Part shown: positions 8,341 to 17,681 of the stretch, one piece after another
Position numbering within the stretch: the first letter of the stretch is position 1
Layout of the letters: each line of letters opens with the position of its first letter
DNA from: an uncultured Gammaproteobacteria bacterium
GTDB lineage: Bacteria > Patescibacteriota > Microgenomatia > Daviesbacterales > UBA10151
Assembly: GCA_964415615.1 (NCBI GenBank)
Contig: CAYQAW010000002.1
Span: 1,897-65,896, forward strand
Length of the DNA stretch: 64,000 bases
Direction: 5' to 3'
Program-made: the position numbers and the translations under genes
The notes under the pieces: generated by a model
Database searches by the model: none
Told to the model about the DNA's origin: nothing
What the model saw: only the letters and a program-made list of their open reading frames with translations

Positions 8341-9141
8341 ATGTTAAAAACAATAATAGAATCAAAATTTACTTATTGGATTGTTTTTCTTTATCTTCTG
8401 ACGTTCGCTTGGTGGGTATATCTTCAATTAGGTAATTTAACCAATACCATGCAAGCTTACCTATTCGATTGGTTTTATGGTCTAATCGGTTTTAGTGGTG
8501 CATTGTATGGTCTTTATATTTCTTTTAAAAAATGGGGTGGTTGGAATAGTATTTTAGGAAGGGGGTTAATTTTATTACCTTTTGGATTGCTCGGTCAATG
8601 GTTTGGTTTGCAGGTTTGGACATATTATAATGTGATAGCAAAAGTTGAAACACCTTATCCTTCTTTTGCAGATGCTGGTTATTTTGCACTTATACCAGCG
8701 TATACTTTAGGCGCCTTAATGTTTGCCTGGGCAGCAGGGGCAAAATTTTCACTTAAAACTAAAAGAGGAAAAATAGGAGCGTTATTTATTCCTTTAATTG
8801 CACTTGCTTTTGCTTACGTTCTTTTTCTAAAAGATATAGGTTTTGATACTTCTGATCTGGTAAAAACATTTTTAGATTTTGGGTATCCTTTAGGAGAAAT
8901 CTTGCCAGTTTCAATAGCCTTATTCACCTTGACGTTGTCGAGAAGCCTTTTGGGTGGCACCATGAGAAGTAGGATTTTATATTTGATAGGCGCTTTTTTC
9001 TTCCAATTTTTAACTGAGTATGGTTTTTTATACGCTGCAGGAGCAGGTACATATGTTAATGGTGGATGGAATGACTTAATGTATTTTACTTCCTATGCAA
9101 TTATGAGTATTGGTTTAATTTCATTTAAATCATACGATTAA
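8341..9141 (+). CDS. Polytopic membrane protein; stand-alone paralog of the C-terminal membrane domain of ORF 5033..7087.
   Basis: Colinear similarity over about 250 aa to residues roughly 430-680 of the fusion protein (blocks listed for that feature). Confidence 0.6.
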   Translation: MLKTIIESKFTYWIVFLYLLTFAWWVYLQLGNLTNTMQAYLFDWFYGLIGFSGALYGLYISFKKWGGWNSILGRGLILLPFGLLGQWFGLQVWTYYNVIAKVETPYPSFADAGYFALIPAYTLGALMFAWAAGAKFSLKTKRGKIGALFIPLIALAFAYVLFLKDIGFDTSDLVKTFLDFGYPLGEILPVSIALFTLTLSRSLLGGTMRSRILYLIGAFFFQFLTEYGFLYAAGAGTYVNGGWNDLMYFTSYAIMSIGLISFKSYD

Positions 9142-9146
9142 AACTT

Positions 9147-9425
9147 ATGGATCCGTATGTTTTGGCAGTCAGCAGGATAATAAAGGAGCAGCAATCGATC
9201 ATTGGACCGATTGCTCTAGATCAGGCCAAAAAAGTGGCTGGGCTGGAATTTAGTGGAGTAGATGATGTTAAAATTACTGGTAATAAAAAGGAAGTCCTAA
9301 CAAATCTGGTTAATCAGTTTGCCAAACTTTTTGGACAAGCCTCAGTTGAAGTATGCAAAGAAGCTTTTTCTCAAGTTTCAGATAAAATTAATCCCTTAGA
9401 AGTACCTGATATTCTCAAAAACTGA
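9147..9425 (+). CDS. Hypothetical protein (92 aa).
   Basis: ORF with good coding look. Tightly spaced after the preceding gene. No recognisable motif. Confidence 0.35.
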   Translation: MDPYVLAVSRIIKEQQSIIGPIALDQAKKVAGLEFSGVDDVKITGNKKEVLTNLVNQFAKLFGQASVEVCKEAFSQVSDKINPLEVPDILKN

Positions 9426-9449
9426 TAATTTGTGTTACCATAGTTTTGC

Positions 9450-10793
9450 ATGGTCTCTGAAGATAAAATATCTGCTTTTTTAAAGCTTCAACAACTTGTT
9501 TTAGATATAGAAGATAGCTCTAAATTATTAGAACAAGTTTTGCCACAAGTATTTGTAGCGCTTCAGTCAATTGGTTGCCCCTATATCTTTTTATCCGCCA
9601 TGTTTACTGATGAGAGCGGGCAAGTTAAGCAATCATTTTTTGTTGATTCATCCGGAAATAAGTCTCCTATAAACCAAAACGGTATATTTCAAAAAGGCAG
9701 CGAGTGGGAAATGAAGGTGATGTATGGTGAAGCAGCTGTTGTTTCTGATGTAGCTTATTTTATTAATTCTTCTTACCCAAAGTTTCATGAAATATATTCT
9801 TTACTAGTTTTACCAATACAACATGCCCGTGATCTCAGAGGTATTTTGGTATTAGGAAGCTCTAAAAATGCTTCTCAAATTGATTCAGAAGAAATTGAGT
9901 TTGGAGAAATGTTAACAAAGCTTGTTGATCTTTCCTTTAGGCTACAAGATACAGAAAGTTCTCTGCTTAATATCACTCAACAGGTTTACGAAATGAATGC
10001 TAAATTGCATCAGCTGGATAAACTAAAAGATGATTTTGTCTCAGTTGCCTCACACGAACTCCGGACTCCTATGACTGCGATCCGTTCTTATGCCTGGATG
10101 GCTTTGCACAAATCAGATGTTCCTCTGTCAGAGAAACTGGAGAAATATTTGATCAGAGTACTGATTTCTACAGAACGTTTGATTAATCTGGTCAACGACA
10201 TGTTGAATGTTTCCAGAATTGAATCAGGCAGTATTGAGATAAGTCCAGAGCCGGTGGATCTTTTGTTGCTTATCAAAGATATTGTTGATGAAGTTTACTA
10301 CTCAAAAGCGCGGGAGAAAGTTATCCAATTTGTAGTGCTGGAGAAAAAGATTCCTAAGGTGTTTGCTGATCCTGAAAAACTCCGACAGGTCCTCCTTAAT
10401 TTAGTAGGAAATTCATTAAAGTTTACGCCTGATGGAGGAAAAATTGTTTTTGATTTTTTTAGTGATGGGAAGCTAGTAGAAACTTCTGTTTCAGATACTG
10501 GAGTAGGTATATCAAAAGAGGATATGAGTCAGTTATTCCATAAATTTGGCAGGCTGGATAATTCTTATACAGCATCTGCAACTTCTGGTGGAACAGGTTT
10601 GGGTCTTTTTATATCCAAAAACCTGGTAGAACTCATGCATGGCAGGATCTGGGTTGTCTCAGAAGGATTAGGGAAAGGATCAACTTTTAATGTGTCTTTG
10701 CCTGTTGCTGCTCCTGAGGTTTTGAAAGAAGCAGAAAAATATAAAGTAAGGGCGCAGGGCGAAGCAAAGGGGCTGGAACCAGTAGCAATATGA
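9450..10793 (+). CDS. Sensor histidine kinase with a soluble N-terminal (GAF-like) sensor region, HisKA and HATPase_c.
   Basis: H-box in the context SHELRTPMTAI. N-box NLVGNSLKFT. G-boxes DTGVGI and GGTGLGL. No obvious TM segments. Confidence 0.8.
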   Translation: MVSEDKISAFLKLQQLVLDIEDSSKLLEQVLPQVFVALQSIGCPYIFLSAMFTDESGQVKQSFFVDSSGNKSPINQNGIFQKGSEWEMKVMYGEAAVVSDVAYFINSSYPKFHEIYSLLVLPIQHARDLRGILVLGSSKNASQIDSEEIEFGEMLTKLVDLSFRLQDTESSLLNITQQVYEMNAKLHQLDKLKDDFVSVASHELRTPMTAIRSYAWMALHKSDVPLSEKLEKYLIRVLISTERLINLVNDMLNVSRIESGSIEISPEPVDLLLLIKDIVDEVYYSKAREKVIQFVVLEKKIPKVFADPEKLRQVLLNLVGNSLKFTPDGGKIVFDFFSDGKLVETSVSDTGVGISKEDMSQLFHKFGRLDNSYTASATSGGTGLGLFISKNLVELMHGRIWVVSEGLGKGSTFNVSLPVAAPEVLKEAEKYKVRAQGEAKGLEPVAI

Positions 10794-10805
10794 TACAATC
10801 AAATT

Positions 10806-11201
10806 ATGGATAATCAGCAAAAAAAGATCCTTATAGTTGAAGATGATCAATTCTTGAGAGAGTTTTATCAGGAACTTCTGCAGGGAGAACAATATCTGGT
10901 AGAAGTGGCAGCTGATGGGGAAGTGGGTTTAGCAAAGCTTAGAGAAGGCGGTTATAGTCTGGTCATGCTGGATATTATGTTACCCAAAAAGGATGGTTTG
11001 CAAATACTGCGTGAATTAAAAGCTCAACCATCAAGCAATAAAAATGATTCTATTGTGATACTTACCAATCTAGGCCAGGATGCAATCATTAAGGAATGTT
11101 TTAATTTAGGCGCAGATGGGTATTTAATAAAATCTGCCTTAAATCCTGATCAGGTTTTAACAGAGGTTAGAAGTTATTTAGAAAAAAATAATGCCTCTTA
11201 A
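10806..11201 (+). CDS. Single-domain response regulator (CheY-like receiver only).
   Basis: ILIVEDD. The phospho-acceptor Asp is in the context LDIMLPKKDG. A conserved downstream Lys in the context LIKS. 131 aa with no output domain. Confidence 0.8.
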   Translation: MDNQQKKILIVEDDQFLREFYQELLQGEQYLVEVAADGEVGLAKLREGGYSLVMLDIMLPKKDGLQILRELKAQPSSNKNDSIVILTNLGQDAIIKECFNLGADGYLIKSALNPDQVLTEVRSYLEKNNAS

Positions 11202-11257
11202 GATTGTTTTCCAAGATGACCATCTACTGGTGGTGCTTAGTAGTATACTATTAAATA

Positions 11258-12361
11258 TTGAATACACTTCTTAGAAGAATTGGGGATATAAGTAATATAA
11301 AGCCTTTTCTAAATTGTGTTCATGGGGGTAAAAATGCGCTTAACTCACTAAATAAAGATAGAATTCTCGATTTTAGTGTTAGCATTAATCCATATGGGCC
11401 ACCGGCTGAGATACAGTTAGGCCTTAATTTAAGCGATGTTAGAGAATACCCAGATCCTCAAAGTAACGAATTAACGAAATTGCTTGCATGTATCAATAAT
11501 CTAGATGAGGAAAATCTTTTTATCGGGAATGGCTCAGCTGAAATCATCACACTACTCTTTTTCTGTTTTGTACGGAAGAAAGATGTTGTTGTTTCTCTGT
11601 GGCCGAGTTTTGGAGAGTATTTCCATTATGCACAAATTACACAATCGAAATTTGTACCTATAAAACTTAATCTACCTGATTTTAGGTTAGATTTAGATAC
11701 AATTAGCAAGATAATAAAAAAGCAACAGCCGAAACTTTTTTTCTTCTGTAATCCGAATAACCCTACGGGTAATTATTATAGTGAGAAAGAAGTTATACAA
11801 ATTCTAGAACAATTATCGCAGAATACATTATTTATTTTGGATGAAGCCTACGTAAATCTAGTGTTATCTAAATGGAGTTCAGTGAATTTATTAAAACAGT
11901 TTAAAAATATGATTATTCTGCGTTCGTTAACAAAAGATTATGCATTAACTGCACTACGTTTAGGTTATAGTATGGCTGCAAAAGAGATAATATCTTTATT
12001 AAGAAGTGCGTGCCCTTCGTGGAATATTAATACCCTAGCTCAACGTAATGGTATACATATTTTTAAGAATGGAACCTTTTTAAAAAACAGTGCATTGCTT
12101 CTCCATAAGGAAAAAAATAGAATTGAGAAAATTTTAAAAAAACTTGGCTACAGTATATTACCATCCTCGGTGAATTTTTTTCTTTTAAAAGTGAAGAATG
12201 CTAAGGAAGCAACTGACATATTATTATCGAATAATATCTATGTTCGTGATTGTACGGATTATGATTTACCTCAATATCTGAGGATAAGTGTTAGGTTAGC
12301 TCAGGAGAATAATTATCTGTTGAAAGTTTTAAGTGATTTAGTATATAAGATTAGAATATGA
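11258..12361 (+). CDS. Class I/II PLP aminotransferase, HisC/CobD-like (histidinol-phosphate aminotransferase family).
   Basis: Conserved blocks: NPYGPP, NPNNPTGNYY, and the PLP lysine in the context SLTKDYALTALRLGY. Confidence 0.65.
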   Translation: MNTLLRRIGDISNIKPFLNCVHGGKNALNSLNKDRILDFSVSINPYGPPAEIQLGLNLSDVREYPDPQSNELTKLLACINNLDEENLFIGNGSAEIITLLFFCFVRKKDVVVSLWPSFGEYFHYAQITQSKFVPIKLNLPDFRLDLDTISKIIKKQQPKLFFFCNPNNPTGNYYSEKEVIQILEQLSQNTLFILDEAYVNLVLSKWSSVNLLKQFKNMIILRSLTKDYALTALRLGYSMAAKEIISLLRSACPSWNINTLAQRNGIHIFKNGTFLKNSALLLHKEKNRIEKILKKLGYSILPSSVNFFLLKVKNAKEATDILLSNNIYVRDCTDYDLPQYLRISVRLAQENNYLLKVLSDLVYKIRI

Positions 12362-13010
12362 ATAAAATATACAAGGATTGGGTAGAATATTATCAAATTA
12401 AAGGGTTGAAGGGTGGTGATATTAATGAAGTGAGCGGTTACGCTCATGGTTTAGCACAACTTACTGAAAAAGGTTTAGAATCTATTGTTGCTGTTGCAAG
12501 AACTGTTTTAGATCTTAGTTCGAAGGATAGGTTACTTGTGACGTGGGTTGCGGAGCAGGATTAATTACCGACCAATTAGTAAGCAAAGCCAGCATCGTAG
12601 TTGGTATAGATGCAAGCTCCAATATGATTGGGAATGCCGATAAAGAAAGTAAATTTGTCAAAGTGGTAGCAATGGCAGATTGTTTGCCGTTTCCTGACAA
12701 GTCGTTTGATAAAATATTTTGTCATTCAATATTTCAGTATTTTCCTAATTATAAATATGCTGCTCGAGTTATTAAAGAAATGCTGAGAGTGCTTTGTAAT
12801 GGAGGCAAATGTCTGATTATGGATGTACCGGATATCGAGAAGAAAGAATCATATTTTAAAGTTAAAACTCCAGATTCGCATAACCTAAAGAGAAGATTTT
12901 ATAATAAAGAGTGGTTTATTAATTTAGTCCCAAATACTCGAATCCTTAGGCACAGAATACCCAATTATAAAAATTCCCATTTTAGATTTAATGTATTAAT
13001 TCAGAAATAA
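12358..13010 (+). pseudogene. Class I SAM-dependent methyltransferase (Methyltransf_11-like) apparently split by a frameshift near 12535-12545 into ORFs 12358..12564 and 12543..13010.
   Basis: The upstream 68-aa ORF ends ...DLSSKDRLLVTWVAEQD*. Shifting frame at the same place reads ...DVGCGAGLITD, the canonical SAM motif I of the downstream ORF. Together they make a methyltransferase of about 220 aa. Confidence 0.45.
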
Positions 13011-13563
13011 CATTTGAATTTTCAAGAAGGTAATTTATTTCATCAAGACCCCAAGGCGAAAATTTTATACGATTATTTCTTGTTAATTCGCGAAGTTTTT
13101 TAAAAGAGATAAATTTACCTTCTATAACTTCGTCATAGTCAATCTCAATCTTACCATTATAAACCGCACCATACAGTTCCACGAGCTCATACTCTACTAG
13201 ACGATTTTTTTCTGTCACATACTCATTTCTTTGAATATGTTTATCACGTAAAAGTTTTAGAGGAGCGTTGATTGATAATTCTTCTTTCAATCCTCTTATG
13301 GCTGCCGATTTATAACTTTCCTCAGATTTTACATGTTCGGAAGCGCTGATATCCCAATATAAAGGAAGAATTTTTTTTAGGCTTCTTCTTTGGATAAATA
13401 TTTGTCCCTTTTTATTAATTACTAGAATATTGACTGCTGGATGCAAAAGTCCCTCTTTATACACTTGGCTTCTGGTTGCTTTACCGGTTGTCTTACCGGT
13501 TTTATCTACAACATCTATCTCTTCCTGATCTTTTAAATTTTTACTCAAATAATTTGTAGCCAT
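12988..13563 (-). CDS. Nudix-family hydrolase (IDI-like fold).
   Basis: Nudix box in the context GLKEELSI. An N-terminal region resembling type-1 IPP isomerase but lacking the catalytic Cys. Confidence 0.6.
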   Translation of the reverse strand: MATNYLSKNLKDQEEIDVVDKTGKTTGKATRSQVYKEGLLHPAVNILVINKKGQIFIQRRSLKKILPLYWDISASEHVKSEESYKSAAIRGLKEELSINAPLKLLRDKHIQRNEYVTEKNRLVEYELVELYGAVYNGKIEIDYDEVIEGKFISFKKLRELTRNNRIKFSPWGLDEINYLLENSNVISELIH

Positions 13564-14497
13564 CTAATTTATGAACAAATCCCTGTGTAATAGGAGTAAT
13601 ACACTTCCCATTTGTTAATTCAACCCGTATACCTGGATTATTCGTTACATGACCGATCCAATAAAGAGGAAGACCATTTTTGTTGAGGGATTTTTCAATA
13701 CCTTTTTTGTAGTTTGGCGATGCAGTGAATAAAAGTTCTATATCTTCGGCAGGATGCGATGCAGAGATATAATTTGGTTGATTGTCTACTTGATTAAGAT
13801 TTTCTATAGGAATATCACTATCTCTTATGAAAAATCCAAGGCCTGGAGTTATAGTATCATTCAGTGCTTTAATTAAACCGTCAGGTAAATCGATACAACT
13901 TGTAATACCTTGCAGCTGTGATAAAATTCTTCCAGCTCTGATAGAAGCTGGTTGCCTAAATGCTTTTTGGTAGTCTATAGGTTTGCCATGGATATATTGG
14001 TGATAGCAAAAATTAAATCGATCCAAAATCCCAGTTACACCAACAAGATCACCAGCTCTAGATTGATGTCTTCTCAGTACAGATTCAGGTTTTGTAATAC
14101 CGATACTGACTATGGATAAACTCAATTCTCCGGCGGAGTTTGTATCGCCACCCAGAAGAAAAGTTTCAGCATCGTTTACCGCTTGGTGCACACCTTCGTA
14201 GATGGTAGCTACTTTGCTGGCGAAATAAGGAGGAATAGAGCAAGAAACCAAAACTCCAAGAGGATTACCACCGCAAGCTGCTATATCAGAAAGGCTTAAT
14301 GCTGTTGAAAAATAGCCAATTTCTTCTGGAGGTGTTTCAGAAGGAAAATCAGCTTTTTCTGAAGAAGTATCCACAGATACTAACAAAGCTTTGTTTCTTA
14401 AATCTATTATTTCACAATCATCATCTAGCCAGGTTTGTAAATGAGGCGGTTTTGCAAAACGATTACGTAGATAAGTAATTAATTCCCGTTCGTCCAC
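13541..14497 (-). CDS. AIR-synthase-related (PurM-like) protein, thiamine-monophosphate kinase ThiL-like.
   Basis: PurM-like N-terminal context ALLVSVDT. A GGDTN loop. Size and domain order match ThiL/HypE/SelD-type proteins. I cannot assign the exact member. Confidence 0.5.
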   Translation of the reverse strand: MDERELITYLRNRFAKPPHLQTWLDDDCEIIDLRNKALLVSVDTSSEKADFPSETPPEEIGYFSTALSLSDIAACGGNPLGVLVSCSIPPYFASKVATIYEGVHQAVNDAETFLLGGDTNSAGELSLSIVSIGITKPESVLRRHQSRAGDLVGVTGILDRFNFCYHQYIHGKPIDYQKAFRQPASIRAGRILSQLQGITSCIDLPDGLIKALNDTITPGLGFFIRDSDIPIENLNQVDNQPNYISASHPAEDIELLFTASPNYKKGIEKSLNKNGLPLYWIGHVTNNPGIRVELTNGKCITPITQGFVHKLDGYKLFE

Positions 14498-14567
14498 TGA
14501 AGGAGATTATAACATATGGATTTGAGAAGGATTACGTCTTTTTCTGAAGAAGTATATAATAATCTTT

Positions 14568-15290
14568 GTGGAATTTTCTTATTCTGTCCGGAAAATATAT
14601 GAAGATGATTTTCTTCTTGTAATTGATAAACCTCCTGGTTTGGTGGTAGACCCTGCCCAGATAGATTTTAATATAAATTTACCCAGAGGGGGGATAGTTC
14701 ACAGGTTAGACAAGGATACCTCAGGAATACTGCTTTTAGCCAAGACCCAGCAAGCCTTAGACTCTCTGCAGCATCAATTCAAGGAAAGACTGATTAAAAA
14801 AGAATATCTGGCTTTAGTTCATGGGACTATTACAAAAAGTGGCGAAGTGGTCGGTAGTATTGGTAGGAATCCAGGTGATAGGGAAAAGTTCATAGTTCTT
14901 CCAGGTGGAAAAGAGGCTATAACAGAATATCAGCCAGAAGGAAATTTACAATTTTCAATTTTAAATTTTAAATCAATTTTCAATGAATTAAATAAAATAC
15001 AAATGAGAAAGTTGGAGAGAATGCATTACAATCAGTTTACTTTACTTAGATGTTTGCCTAAGACTGGACGGACACATCAAATTAGGGTACATTTAAAGCA
15101 TATAAACCATCCAATAGTTGCTGATGAAAAGTATGGAGGCAGAAAGGTCTGCAGACTGGATAAAAGATGGTGTCCTAGGATGTTTTTGCATGCTGCAAAA
15201 ATTGGTTTTAATCATCCAGCAACAGGAGAATGGATGGAGCTGGAGAGTAAGTTGCCTGAGGATCTGAGAAATGTATTGAGAGTGTTTTAA
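14568..15290 (+). CDS. RluA-family pseudouridine synthase.
   Basis: Catalytic motif in the context HRLDKDTSGILLLAKT. Conserved context VIDKPPG. Confidence 0.8.
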   Translation: MEFSYSVRKIYEDDFLLVIDKPPGLVVDPAQIDFNINLPRGGIVHRLDKDTSGILLLAKTQQALDSLQHQFKERLIKKEYLALVHGTITKSGEVVGSIGRNPGDREKFIVLPGGKEAITEYQPEGNLQFSILNFKSIFNELNKIQMRKLERMHYNQFTLLRCLPKTGRTHQIRVHLKHINHPIVADEKYGGRKVCRLDKRWCPRMFLHAAKIGFNHPATGEWMELESKLPEDLRNVLRVF

Positions 15291-15375
15291 GATAAGAGGA
15301 ACTAGGATACTAGTGATGAGTCTTTAATATTTTGATTCATCATTCTGATACTCTAATCTTCTTATCCTAAATTAT

Positions 15376-17079
15376 ATGAATAATATCTTTGTACAACTTG
15401 CTATTATACTAGGGCTCTCGTCTGTTTTAGGTTTTATTACTTATAAACTGAAATTGCCCCTGGTAATTGCTTATTTAATAGGTGGATTGCTGATATCGTT
15501 GGTAGGTTTTTTTAATGTTGGAGGTTCTATTGTTTTGGAATTTTTACCGGAGATAGGGATTGCCTTTGTGCTTTTTTTAGTAGGGATGGAACTGGATTTG
15601 CGGGAGATTAGAAGCTTTGGCAGGCAAATACTTTTGGCTGGAATACTGCAAATTCTTATTACTACTACTTTAGGCACCTTTATTGTGCAAAGCTTTGGAT
15701 TTTCCCTTGCAGAGTCTATATATTTAGGTATTGGGTTGTCTTTTTCATCTACTATTGTGGTAATTAAACTACTGATTGAGAAAAAAGATTTAAAGTCTTT
15801 GTATGGAAAATTATCAATAGGAATATTGCTTTTGGAGGATTTGCTGGCAGTTGTGCTGCTTTTGGGACTTACCTCAACCACTTCTTTGTTAGGAACAGGT
15901 TTAACCCAGGCTTTTCCAATACTGGCTTTTATGGGCAAGGTGTTAGTGCTTTTTTCTATTGCTTTGATATTAAACCACTATATTTTAGGCGCTTTGTTTA
16001 AGGCTGTTTCTGAATCAACAGAACTGCTATTTTTAACTGCGCTTGCTTGGTGCTTTGTTTTTATATCACTGGCTATTTTCATGGGTTTTTCTGTGGTGAT
16101 TGGGGCATTTTTAGCAGGAGTAGCTTTGGCCTCCTCTCCATATCATTTTCAAATTCAGGGAAAAGTTAAACCTATGAGGGACTTTTTTGTGGCCCTCTTT
16201 TTTGTATACCTGGGAACCAAAGTAAACTTTGATTATATTGCTCAAACATACTGGTTAATTCTGATCTTTACAGCCTATGCAGTGGTGGTAAAACCTGCAA
16301 TTTTTATTTTACTTTTAGGAACCTTAGGATTTAGAAAACATACTATGTTTCATGTTGCTATAAATTTGTCTCATATCTCAGAATTTTCCTTAATTATTCT
16401 TTTGGTAGGATTGGATATTGGTGTTGTTAGCCCCCAGACTTTGACTATTATTGCCTCCAGTGGAGTTTTGTCTTTGATTATATCTTCTGTGAGTATTTCT
16501 AAGGCAAGCCAAATATATAGGATTGTGACCAATTGGATAGGATTTTTTGAAAGAAAAAATCTCTATAGAGTTGATAATATAAAATCTTATGAGCTTGAGG
16601 ATCATGTAGTAGTGATTGGGGCACACAGAGTAGGAGGAGAGATAGTTAAATTTCTTAGAAAAGAAAAACATCCTTTGGTAGTTTTGGATTTCAATCCTCA
16701 TCAAGTAGAGTCTCTACTGGGGGAGCAGGTACAGGTAATTTATGGGGATATGGGTGATCCAGAGATTTTGGATATTCTAAACTTAGATAAAGCTAAGATG
16801 ATTATTTCCACTGCCCAGGATGTTAGTGATAATAAAACCTTACTGGAAGATCTAAAACTTAGGCATTCAGCTGCTAAGGTAATTGTCAGGGCAGAAACAA
16901 TAAAGGATGCTCAAGGTTTATATAAAGCAGGGGCAGATTTTGTCATAATTCCAGAAGTAATGGCAGGGGATTTATTGGCAGAAACTTTAAAGGCCCATTT
17001 AAACGATGGTGATTACTTCAAAGACAGGCCCAGGATTGAAATGGAAAAACTCTCCCGCAAAACCCTCGCCTGGGGTTAA
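15376..17079 (+). CDS. CPA2 (Kef-type) monovalent cation:proton antiporter with C-terminal RCK/TrkA-N domain.
   Basis: About 370 aa of 12-13 TM helices, followed by a Rossmann GxGxxG in the context VVVIGAHRVGGEI. Confidence 0.8.
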   Translation: MNNIFVQLAIILGLSSVLGFITYKLKLPLVIAYLIGGLLISLVGFFNVGGSIVLEFLPEIGIAFVLFLVGMELDLREIRSFGRQILLAGILQILITTTLGTFIVQSFGFSLAESIYLGIGLSFSSTIVVIKLLIEKKDLKSLYGKLSIGILLLEDLLAVVLLLGLTSTTSLLGTGLTQAFPILAFMGKVLVLFSIALILNHYILGALFKAVSESTELLFLTALAWCFVFISLAIFMGFSVVIGAFLAGVALASSPYHFQIQGKVKPMRDFFVALFFVYLGTKVNFDYIAQTYWLILIFTAYAVVVKPAIFILLLGTLGFRKHTMFHVAINLSHISEFSLIILLVGLDIGVVSPQTLTIIASSGVLSLIISSVSISKASQIYRIVTNWIGFFERKNLYRVDNIKSYELEDHVVVIGAHRVGGEIVKFLRKEKHPLVVLDFNPHQVESLLGEQVQVIYGDMGDPEILDILNLDKAKMIISTAQDVSDNKTLLEDLKLRHSAAKVIVRAETIKDAQGLYKAGADFVIIPEVMAGDLLAETLKAHLNDGDYFKDRPRIEMEKLSRKTLAWG

Positions 17080-17097
17080 AGTGAGTTTACTCACTTT
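17078..17097 (+). terminator. Perfect 8-bp stem hairpin (AAAGTGAG-TTTA-CTCACTTT) directly after the kef-like stop; a T-run follows about 20 nt downstream.
   Basis: Seen in sequence. The T tract is not immediately adjacent, so this is tentative. Confidence 0.35.
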
Positions 17098-17133
17098 AAC
17101 GGGATAACAACTCTTGATTTTTTTGTAACCATT

Positions 17134-17427
17134 GTGTATACTTTGGTTACTATGCAAACCGTAATTCATATCAAAGCAGATAGAGAAGTTAAAAAGAATG
17201 CTCAGAAGGCAGCTAAAGACTTGGGGTTAACCCTGTCCGATGTAATTAATGCTGCTTTAAGGAATTTTATCAGAACCAGAGAGGTAATTTTCTCTGATAT
17301 TCCACAGATGACTCCCTGGTTAGAAAAAAGAATTGCTAAGGTGGAGGAAGACATAAAGCACAATCGTAATATGTCTCCTAAATTTAAGTCAGCTAAAGAG
17401 TTTACGAAGTATCTGGATTCCTTATGA
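17134..17427 (+). CDS. Type II antitoxin, RelB/DinJ-like.
   Basis: Small protein upstream of, and overlapping, a RelE/YafQ-like toxin. N-terminal ribbon-helix-helix-like region. Confidence 0.6.
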   Translation: MYTLVTMQTVIHIKADREVKKNAQKAAKDLGLTLSDVINAALRNFIRTREVIFSDIPQMTPWLEKRIAKVEEDIKHNRNMSPKFKSAKEFTKYLDSL

Positions 17428-17681
17428 TCATATCCTCAAATAAGGATTTTGACAAGGATTATAAAAAATTGCCTAAAAATATTCAGGAAAGATTTAAAGA
17501 AAGAATTCTACTTTTCCAGAAAGATCAATATAATCCCATCTTGAATAACCATTCTCTGAGAGGGGGATACACAGGTTGCAGAAGTATTAATGTAACAGGA
17601 GATGTGCGAGCCATCTTTATAAAGAATAATAGTGAAATTATTTTTGTAGCCATAGGTTCCCACAGTAAGCTATATGGTTAA
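17424..17681 (+). CDS. Type II toxin, RelE/ParE superfamily (YafQ-like).
   Basis: 85 aa with a 4-nt start overlap. A C-terminal pattern resembling YafQ. Paralogous to ORF 45768..46034. Confidence 0.65.
   Translation: MIISSNKDFDKDYKKLPKNIQERFKERILLFQKDQYNPILNNHSLRGGYTGCRSINVTGDVRAIFIKNNSEIIFVAIGSHSKLYG

Noticed and set aside
15471-15938. Minus-strand ORF of 155 aa inside the kef-like gene.
   Set aside because: Lies entirely within a well-supported membrane-transporter CDS. Lys/Ser-rich low-complexity translation, typical of antisense AT-rich sequence.
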